Shown piece by piece: positions 1-7,304 of a DNA stretch of 64,000 nt (position 1 is its first letter; each line of letters opens with the position of its first letter). The DNA is from Zootoca vivipara (taxonomy: Eukaryota). The stretch is taken from the NCBI RefSeq assembly GCF_963506605.1, contig NC_083288.1, positions 42,222,001 to 42,286,000 on the forward strand, read 5' to 3'. The position numbers and the translations under genes are program-made. The notes beneath the pieces were generated by a model. It was not told where the DNA came from and did no database searches. It saw only the letters and a program-made list of their open reading frames with translations.

Positions 1-408
1 CCGAGACCTACATTGGCTCCCAGTACGTTTCCAAGCACAATTCAACGTGTTGGTGCTGACCTTTAAAGCCCTAAATGGCTACGGTCCAGTATACCTGAAG
101 GAGCGTCTCCACCCCCATCGTTCTGCCCGGACACTGAGATCCAGTGCCAAGGGCCTTCTGCCAGTTCCCTCACTGCGAGAAGCAAAGCCTACAGGGAACC
201 AGGCAGAGGGCCTTCTCAGTAGTGGCACCCGCCCTGTGGAACACCCTCCCATCAGAGGTCAGAGAGATAAACAACTACCTGACATTTAGAAAATACCTAA
301 AGGCAGCCCTGTTTAGGGAAGTTTTAATCTGTGATATTTGATGTATTTTAATGTTTGTTGGAAGCCGCCCAGAGTGGCAGGGCAAGCCCAGCCAGATGGG
401 CGGGGTAT
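1..408 (+). mobile_element. L2-clade LINE, 3' end (RT C-terminal remnant plus 3'UTR)
   Basis: LHWLPV..QFNVLVLTFKALNG and RAFSVVAPALWNTLP motifs split over frames; ends GGGCGGGGTATAAAT followed by a (TTA)n tail; same family as 21748-22606. Confidence 0.85.
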
Positions 409-410
409 AA

Positions 411-457
<47 letters not shown>
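409..457. repeat. (TTA)n microsatellite, L2 tail
   Basis: About 16 perfect TTA units. Confidence 0.95.
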
Positions 458-458
<1 letters not shown>

Positions 459-571
459 GTCACGGTGCCTGGAGAAGGCTACTTCAGAGTAACGACTCTA
501 CACAGCTCTGCATTTTATGGTTTTATTGGTGCTGAGTATTTACAGTGCTAATGGCAGTGCTATTTACAAAG
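458..571 (-). repeat. Inverted copy of LTR 3' end (114 bp)
   Basis: Exact reverse complement of 3503-3616, starting at the LTR terminus (TGTCAC). Confidence 0.95.
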
Positions 572-1064
572 CATGTGAAGGATGTCAGGGAGGTGTTGCA
601 GCGCCTGAAGGAGAACCACCTGTATATGAAGCTGGAGAAGTGCAAGTTTCACACCAGGGAGGTGGACTTCCTGGGCTACAAGCTATCAGACAAGGGGCTA
701 GCGATGGACAAGGACAAGGTGCAGGCCCAACAAAGATGCCCAACGCCTACTAGGCTTCGCCAACTTCTACAGGAAGTTCATCAAGAACTTCTCTCGCGTT
801 ACGGCTCCCATCACTGACTGCCTGAGAGGCAAGCAGAAGTTCAGGTGGACACCAGAGGCGCAAGCAGCGTTCGAAAGCCTCAAGAGGGTGTTCGCTTCGG
901 ACCAGAACCTGTTCCACGTGGTGCAGGATGCGCCCCTACGCGTTGAGACCGATGCTTCAGACAGAGCTTTGGGCGCCATTTTGCTGCAACTGGATGCCAA
1001 CAGAGAGTGAAGACCCTGTGCCTTCTTCTCCAGAAAGCTGACCCAGCCAGAGCGCAACTACACG
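570..1064 (+). pseudogene. pol: Gypsy pol: RT C-terminal half and RNase H N-terminal part, disrupted
   Basis: HVKDVREVLQRL..KLEKCKF..VDFLGY; small deletion/frameshift near 728; LLGFANFYRKFI..ETDASD; in-frame TGA at 1008-1010 where Trp is expected. Confidence 0.9.
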
Positions 1065-3257
1065 GTGTTTGATAAGGAACTTCTCGCGATCCACGCTCCG
1101 TTCCAGCATTGGAGACACTTCCTGGCGGGCGCTAAGCATCCCATTCAGGTGTGCACGGACCACAAGAACTTGGAGTTCTGGAGAACAGCCAGGGTGCTCA
1201 ACCAGCGGCAGATACGGTGGGCAGAGTTCTTCTCGCACTTCAACTTCTCCATCCACTACATACCGGGGGAGCAGAACGTCAGGGCGGATGCCCTATCCCG
1301 CAAGCCAGAGTACATGGAGGAGGAGTTGCCACCAGCACCCCGTCACATTTTCCCCCCATCAGCATGGTCCTGCGGAGCAGCAGTGGTGAGCGAGGCAGAA
1401 CTCACAGCACTGACGGCAGCAGATGAGTTCGCCACCCGCATCTTCAGAGAGCTGCGAGGGGGGAGGGAGCAGGCAAGAGACTTTGAGGAAAGGAGGGGGT
1501 TGCTTTTTTACAGGGGAGCCCTGTACCTGCCCACCAACCAGCTCAGAGGTAAGGTCCTCAAGCAGATGCACGACAACCCGGCGGCGGGTCATTTTGGAAG
1601 GGACAAAACCACTCACCTAGTCATGAGACACTTCTGGTGGCCAGGGGTGCGGGAGGATGTTCGGGACTATGTAAGGGGCTGTGACACCTGCCAGCGAGCA
1701 AAGGTGGTCAGAGCACCACCAGCAGGATTGCTGGAGCCATTAGCCACACCGCACAGGCCGTGGGAAGTAGTGTCCATGCACTTCATCACCGACCTGCCGT
1801 CGTCCAGGGGCAAGACCACAGTGTTGGTGGTGGTGGACCTCATGTCCAAAATGTGCCATTTTATACCGTGTGCCAGGGCGGTCTCTGCAGAAGAGACAGC
1901 CAAACTGTTTGTTGACCACGTATTCAGACTGCATGGATTACCTTTAAGAGTTATTTCGGATAGAGGCCGCCAATTTGTTTCCAGGTTCTGGCGGCGGCTC
2001 ATGAACCTCCTGCAGGTGGAGGTCAGCTTGTCGACGGCTCGGCACCCGCAGACCAATGGACAGGCGGAGCGGGTCAACGCCATTCTGCAGCAGTACCTGA
2101 GATGTTACGTCAGCCAGAGGCAAACGGACTGGGTGGATCGCCTGCCACTGGCAGAATTTGCCTACAACAATGCGGTGCACGTCTCCACAGGGGTGTCGCC
2201 CTTTAAGGCCAACTACGGGCGCGACCTCAGATCTTTCCCGGAGAGGGAGGGGGAGGAGGAGGAGGAGGGCCCACAGGCAGAGGATTGGGCAGAGGAACTG
2301 GAGACGGTGCACCAGCAGCTCAGAGAGCACTTGGAGAGGGCCAAGGAAGCGTACAAGAAGGGAGCAGATCGTCACAGGCGACCGGGGGAGGTCATCAGGG
2401 TGGGGGACAAGGTTTGGTTGTCCTCGGAGGGCCTGCCCACCAGAGGGAGGTGCAAAAAGCTGGCACCCAGAAGGTTGGGCCCCTTCACGGTCACGCAGCA
2501 GGTAAACCCGGTGGCATTCAGGCTGGCACTGCCAGAGGACATGAGGGTACACCCAGTGTTTCATAGATCACTGCTGTCTCCGTACAGGGAAAGTGGCAGG
2601 TTCCGAGACAGCGCACAGACCCCCGAGGGAGGGGTGGAGGGTGGAGGCAGGGAGCCACTCAATGAAGCAACGGCCATCCTTGATTCACGAAGGGGGGTGG
2701 GGGGCCTGGAGTACCTCATGGCATGGGAGGACGCCCCGCCATCCCAAAATGAGTGGATCCAAGCCACTCAGATACAGGAGGAATTCTTAGTGGAAGAATT
2801 CCACGCCCTCTTCCCACACAGGCCCAAGCCCTGGCACATGGAACGGGAATGGGAGGAGGAGGAAACACAGGAGGGGGAAAGCAGTTCACCATGGAGATGG
2901 GAAGCAGAGTTTGAGGACACGGAGGAGGAGATATGGGCAGTTCCGAGGTCCACTCAGTCTGAGGACGAGGTGGACTGGCAGCAGATTTTCACCCCCACCA
3001 GTTCTGAGGCCACGGACTTTTTGGGATTTCCCTCTTCACAGGAGGAAGGAGGGAGACAGAGGGACTGGGGGGAGGTGTTCACACCAACCGGATCGGACAG
3101 CACGGAGTTTCTAGGTTTTCAGTCACCACTGACACCCGAGCAGCCTCTAGGGAGGGGAGAAGGGGGGCCTGGGGGGGGAATGGATGTGAGGGGCAAGGAA
3201 TATCACGAAGCTGTAGCCTCCCCTCCTGAGTTCCAGCCCAGACCCGAGCGAGGCTGA
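1065..3257 (+). CDS. pol: Gypsy pol: RNase H C-terminus, integrase, chromodomain and acidic tail (open frame, not independently initiated)
   Basis: TDHKNL, ADALSR; HHCC (H..GH..CDTC); DDE core with first Asp changed to His (VSMHFIT), ISDRG, ERVN; GPF motif; chromodomain ILDSR..EYLMAW..NEW; frame runs 73 nt into the LTR. Confidence 0.9.
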   Translation: MFDKELLAIHAPFQHWRHFLAGAKHPIQVCTDHKNLEFWRTARVLNQRQIRWAEFFSHFNFSIHYIPGEQNVRADALSRKPEYMEEELPPAPRHIFPPSAWSCGAAVVSEAELTALTAADEFATRIFRELRGGREQARDFEERRGLLFYRGALYLPTNQLRGKVLKQMHDNPAAGHFGRDKTTHLVMRHFWWPGVREDVRDYVRGCDTCQRAKVVRAPPAGLLEPLATPHRPWEVVSMHFITDLPSSRGKTTVLVVVDLMSKMCHFIPCARAVSAEETAKLFVDHVFRLHGLPLRVISDRGRQFVSRFWRRLMNLLQVEVSLSTARHPQTNGQAERVNAILQQYLRCYVSQRQTDWVDRLPLAEFAYNNAVHVSTGVSPFKANYGRDLRSFPEREGEEEEEGPQAEDWAEELETVHQQLREHLERAKEAYKKGADRHRRPGEVIRVGDKVWLSSEGLPTRGRCKKLAPRRLGPFTVTQQVNPVAFRLALPEDMRVHPVFHRSLLSPYRESGRFRDSAQTPEGGVEGGGREPLNEATAILDSRRGVGGLEYLMAWEDAPPSQNEWIQATQIQEEFLVEEFHALFPHRPKPWHMEREWEEEETQEGESSSPWRWEAEFEDTEEEIWAVPRSTQSEDEVDWQQIFTPTSSEATDFLGFPSSQEEGGRQRDWGEVFTPTGSDSTEFLGFQSPLTPEQPLGRGEGGPGGGMDVRGKEYHEAVASPPEFQPRPERG
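3139..3184 (+). other. Polypurine tract upstream of LTR
   Basis: G/A-rich stretch GGGAGGGGAGAAGGGGGG..GGGGGGGGAATGGA immediately before TGTGAG. Confidence 0.75.
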
Positions 3258-3616
3258 AAAGAAGGAAAGCTCCAGCTCAAGTGGGGAAACAGGAAGTGGG
3301 TTCCAAGGCTCTGGCAGGGAAAGAGAGCCATCGTCCCAGGTGGGACAGGAAGGGGAAAGGAAGGGGGGCAGGCCAGTCCCCCCAACTCCGGAACTTCGCA
3401 AAAGGCGTCGGGGGAAGAGGATGGGTCTCCCCAAGTTATTATGTTGGTGCAAAACGCGCCAAAAGCCACTGGGAGGTTCTGATTCAAGCTAAACAGATGG
3501 ATCTTTGTAAATAGCACTGCCATTAGCACTGTAAATACTCAGCACCAATAAAACCATAAAATGCAGAGCTGTGTAGAGTCGTTACTCTGAAGTAGCCTTC
3601 TCCAGGCACCGTGACA
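3185..3616 (+). repeat. Gypsy LTR (about 432 bp, TGT...ACA)
   Basis: Follows the PPT; AATAAA at about 3546; ends CGTGACA; 3' boundary confirmed by the inverted copy at 458; gag ATG 41 nt downstream. Confidence 0.85.
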
Positions 3617-3618
3617 GC

Positions 3619-3629
3619 AACCTCCCAGT
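3619..3629 (+). promoter_or_regulatory. Self-priming primer-binding site (Tf1 type)
   Basis: AACCTCCCAGT is the exact 11-nt reverse complement of ACTGGGAGGTT at 3468-3478 in the LTR; no tRNA-type TGG PBS. Confidence 0.8.
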
Positions 3630-3656
3630 CTTTCTGGCTACTTTGGAGCGGCAGCG

Positions 3657-5108
3657 ATGAGTGCGCAAGAAGCTGAGCAGTGGAGGCTGGAAGCCGAGGC
3701 CACAGCACAGGAATTGCGGAACGTACAGACCCTGGCAACGCAGGCACACCAGCAATTACTTGCAGCTCAGGAAGAAGCACAAGCAACGCGGGAGGAGCTG
3801 AACAAACTGGCAGAGCAGGTGAGAGCGAAAGATGAGACTGAGAAGCAACTCAGGGTGATGGTGGCGGAATTACAGAAAAAGCTTGATGAGGAAAAGGCTG
3901 CAAGAGGTGGGGGGGTGCCCCAGCCCCAGCTAGTCCAAGTGAGGAGGGGACAGACCCTAGTCACCAAGTTTAGCGGCGACCCGAGAGAGTACCTAGGCTT
4001 TGAGACGGAAATAAATTATGCGCTGGAACTGCATGCGGCAGAGTTCCCAGATGACGCGCACAGAGTCTCCTTCATCATAGAGTATTTGATGGGGGCTGCC
4101 AGAGAATGGGTCAGACCGCTCATCGCGCAAAAAAATAATTGCATAAAGAATGCAAAACTCTTCTTAGAAGCGTTAAAAATCATGTATGCTAGTGATTCGG
4201 AGATGGAAGCCACAAAAGAGCAGCTGCACAACTTAACACAAGGGAAATCGACAGTTCGAGACTATTGGGCGAGATTCACCATGCTAGTGCACAAACTGGG
4301 GTGGGATTTGCACAGTGAGCCAGTGAAATCAGCCTTCTACCTGGGGTTGCACTCAGACGTTAAGGATGAACTAGCGAGAGGTCCGAAACTGCGGACAATG
4401 GAAGAGTTAAGCAAAGCGGTGCTAGTGGTGGGGGTGAGACAGGAATCCAGATGGAATGACAAACAAACGACACGCGCAGCAAAGCCTTGGTTCCCACGCT
4501 CCCAGGACAGACCACATTACCAAACCCCACCCCAGGGCCCACCCCTAGTCACGCCCAGACCGAGCTCAGAGCCGGAACCGATGGAGATCGGTGGAGCGCG
4601 CGCGCGGGCTTTTCAAACCCCGGCGGCGCCAAGACGCAAGGAGGGAAGAGGCGGGAATTGCTTTCTCTGCAACTCCCCCCAGCATCGCGTCAGAGACTGC
4701 CCTCATCGCAGGGAGTGGCAAGGAAAGGCGGGAACGGTTGTGCCTTCCCCCACTGAAGCAGCACCACAGCAGGGAAACGAGACAGCCTGGCTGCAGGAGA
4801 CAAGGGGCAGCAGCCAGGCACAGTTAGCACAAACCGGCCCCAACCCGCCCACCCGCACAGCGAGGAGCAGCGACAGCCCCCCCCCCCAGAGCAGGGGTGG
4901 TTCTAGAAGTGACGCTAACGCTCCCAAATGGCTATCCCCTGACGGTACTCGCGTAATTGACAGTGGTGCCTCGGCTAACTTCTTCTCAAGAAACTTTGCA
5001 GAAGCACACCAGATCCAACTTCTGCAGCTGGATTTCCCCCTGCACGTCTCCACCATAGACGGCAGGGAGTTGCTGGGGGGGGGCATCACCCACCAGACCC
5101 CCCCATGA
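3657..5108 (+). CDS. gag: Gypsy gag (coiled coil, capsid, CCHC knuckle), joined to the protease by indels
   Basis: KFSGDP..F, LTQG..TVRDY..F, PEPMEIG, CFLCNSPQHRVRDC; IDSGASANF protease site in the last part. Confidence 0.9.
   Translation: MSAQEAEQWRLEAEATAQELRNVQTLATQAHQQLLAAQEEAQATREELNKLAEQVRAKDETEKQLRVMVAELQKKLDEEKAARGGGVPQPQLVQVRRGQTLVTKFSGDPREYLGFETEINYALELHAAEFPDDAHRVSFIIEYLMGAAREWVRPLIAQKNNCIKNAKLFLEALKIMYASDSEMEATKEQLHNLTQGKSTVRDYWARFTMLVHKLGWDLHSEPVKSAFYLGLHSDVKDELARGPKLRTMEELSKAVLVVGVRQESRWNDKQTTRAAKPWFPRSQDRPHYQTPPQGPPLVTPRPSSEPEPMEIGGARARAFQTPAAPRRKEGRGGNCFLCNSPQHRVRDCPHRREWQGKAGTVVPSPTEAAPQQGNETAWLQETRGSSQAQLAQTGPNPPTRTARSSDSPPPQSRGGSRSDANAPKWLSPDGTRVIDSGASANFFSRNFAEAHQIQLLQLDFPLHVSTIDGRELLGGGITHQTPP
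4772..4819 (+). promoter_or_regulatory. -1 programmed ribosomal frameshift signal
   Basis: G GGA AAC slippery heptamer in gag frame (4772-4778), 6-nt spacer, 10-bp stem GCCTGGCTGC (4785-4794) / GCAGCCAGGC (4810-4819). Confidence 0.85.
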
Positions 5109-5961
5109 GAATGGCGGTGGGACGACACTCAGAGACACTGGCATTCAACGTCACCACCATTTCCGACCCCCCCATCGTCTTGGGCATGAGCTGGCTGGCG
5201 CGCCATGACCCCTCCATCAGTTGGCACCAGAGATGCATCACGTTTGGATCGGACTTTTGTCTGGAACATTGCATGCAGCGCCAACCAGGGGAGGGGCCTC
5301 CCATCGCCACAGTGGCCACCATGCACATCAAAGGGGGTGAGGCAATACCCAAACCGTACTGGGACCTACAGGAGGTCTTCAGCGAAGCGGAGTCCGACCA
5401 CCTACCCCCACACAGGTCCTTTGACTGTCAGATCAACCTGGTGCCAGGGGCCACGCTACCCCCAGCCAAGCTGTACTCCATGTCAGATCAGGAACTGGAG
5501 GATCTGAGGGAGTTCATCGACAAGAACCTCAAGCGGGGATTCATCAGAGAAAGCAAGGCAGCGGGGGGCAGCCCGGTCTTCTGGGTGGACAAGAAGGACA
5601 CGCAACAGCGCCGTCTGGTGGTGGATTTTAGACGGCTCAATTCCATGACGGAACCGGTGGCTTTCCCAATGCCCAGAGTGGATGATCTGCTGACAGCGGC
5701 ACGCAGGGGCAAGATCTTCACCAAGCTCGACCTGAGGGGGGCGTACAACTTGATCAGAATCCGGGAAGGCGATGAGTGGAAGACCACGATGTTCACGCCG
5801 CTGGGCTCTTTTGAATATCTGGTGATGCCCTTCGGTTTGCAAGGGGACTCAGCATGCTTCCAGGCCTTCATGCACCACGTCCTGGGGTCCCTCCTCTTCA
5901 AGAAATGCCTGGTCTTCCTGGATGACATCCTTATATACTCCAATGACCCCGAGCAGCATGT
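5105..5961 (+). pseudogene. pol: Gypsy pol: protease C-terminus and RT N-terminal half, broken after FLDDILIYS
   Basis: IVLGMSWL, LPPHR, RLVVDFRRLN, LDLRGAYNLIRI, MPFGL, FLDD; continues at 570. Confidence 0.9.
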
Positions 5962-6177
5962 CTGGGCTGGAACTCAGGAGGGGAGGCTACAGCTTCGCGA
6001 TATCCCTTGCCCTTCACATCCATTCCCCCCCAGCCCCCCTTCTCCCCTCCCTAGAGGCTGCTCGGGTGTCAGTGGTGACTGAAAACCTAGAAACTCCGTG
6101 CTGTCCGATCCGGTTGGTGTGAACACCTCCCCCCAGTCCCTCTGTCTCCCTCCTTCCTCCTGTGAAGAGGGAAATCC
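5960..6177 (-). repeat. Inverted copy of integrase tail, PPT and LTR 5' end
   Basis: Reverse complement of 3024-3243 with 3 substitutions and 2 one-base indels. Confidence 0.9.
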
Positions 6178-6403
6178 TGGTGCCCCTGTAAGTGGAAATG
6201 GAAACTTCTGTTAAAGTTTAATTTAGTTTAGCTTAGTTTTGCAATTCCACTGAAACTTGCCAGATTTCAGCTGATAATTATCTCCCCTGTAATTACCCAA
6301 AAGACAGTAACTAACACTTCCACTTATCACACTCCTCACTCCCTAAGAACTTGCATTAGACACTACCAAATCTAATGAGAAAGTCTTGTCAATGATAGTA
6401 TAA

Positions 6404-6935
6404 ATGAGCGTTCCCCATTGCCATGCAGAGGAGCAGTGGGAGGCACTAGCTGGAAATCCCCCAAGGGAAGAAGGCTCAGGGCCAGGGAATTGGTGGTGGG
6501 GCGGTGATGAGGGGTCAGAGGGAGAAGAGGGAGCAGACTGGGGGGAAGAGGTGTCAGAAGGTAAAGAGGTAACAGGGTTTCGTGAGCTGGAAGAGGCTGA
6601 GACAAAGAGCAGACCAGACTCAGGGGCTGAGGAGGGAAGCCAAGAGGCAGTGGTGAGGCAAGCTGCTGAAGAAGCCAGGGAGTCTCCCCCTCCTGCTGCA
6701 ACCAGCTCCCCTCCCGCCCACCCCAGTTTCCTAGAACACAGAGAGAAATGATCAGAGCAGAGCAGAGATTGGTTGTGTGCAGATGCAATCCGCAACTGTT
6801 TGGAAATAAACCCTGGAGAAGAGGGGACTTGGATAGTTGTGGGAAGGCAGGAACCATTGGTCCCTGCCACATTGGGGCAAGACCTACTGGGAAGAGTTGC
6901 TGTGGTCACTAGGCCTGAGCTGCTTTTTGTAACAC
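6404..6935 (+). mobile_element. Probable LTR remnant of a second Gypsy-like family
   Basis: Purine-rich island with an acidic Trp-rich 115-aa ORF, AATAAA near 6805, ends TGTAACA; boundaries uncertain. Confidence 0.4.
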
Positions 6936-7304
6936 TGTTCTTTGTTGCCTGACTTAAGTTTGTTTCTGACTCCTAACACCCAGATGTGGTGCCCTCCAAA
7001 TATTCTGGACTACATCCATCACTCGTCAATAAGGGACGGTGGAAACTAAAGTACAAAACATCTGGAGAGTGTTATGAGAAGGCTGGTATAAATATGCAAT
7101 AACAACTGGTGTTAGGGAGTAAAAGCCGGCAAGGATTCACTAGTATGATCAGGTGGTGTTTATTTTAAAAAAGCAAAAAACAAAAACTCTGGGTTTCACA
7201 CATATGGGCAGACTAAATGGCATATTTGTTCTGGCAGGTTATTTTCTTAGAGGCTCTAATGATACTGCTATGGTTAGAAATAGGGGGGTTTTGGTGTGGA
7301 GATA

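Larger units (their letters stand above)
458..6177 (+). mobile_element. Rearranged Ty3/Gypsy chromovirus (Tf1/sushi group) LTR retrotransposon
   Basis: gag with CCHC knuckle, protease DSGA, RT (LDLRGAYN, FLDD), RNase H (ETDAS), integrase, chromodomain and one central LTR; order permuted and flanked by inverted LTR pieces. Confidence 0.95.

Noticed and set aside
275-535. Poly-Ile and poly-Tyr ORFs
   Set aside because: Translations of the (TTA)n microsatellite.
545-817. ORF MLMAVLFTKHVKDV... as a gene
   Set aside because: Chimeric across the inverted-LTR/RT junction and frameshifted near 728.
3657-5108. Natural in-frame Gag-protease fusion of 483 aa
   Set aside because: Explained by two 1-bp deletions downstream of an intact -1 frameshift signal.
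458-6177. Classical integrase autointegration (inversion circle) as the cause of the permutation
   Set aside because: The junctions at the duplicated RT site are internal LTR positions (3503 and 3243), not TG/CA termini, and both RT halves have the same orientation.
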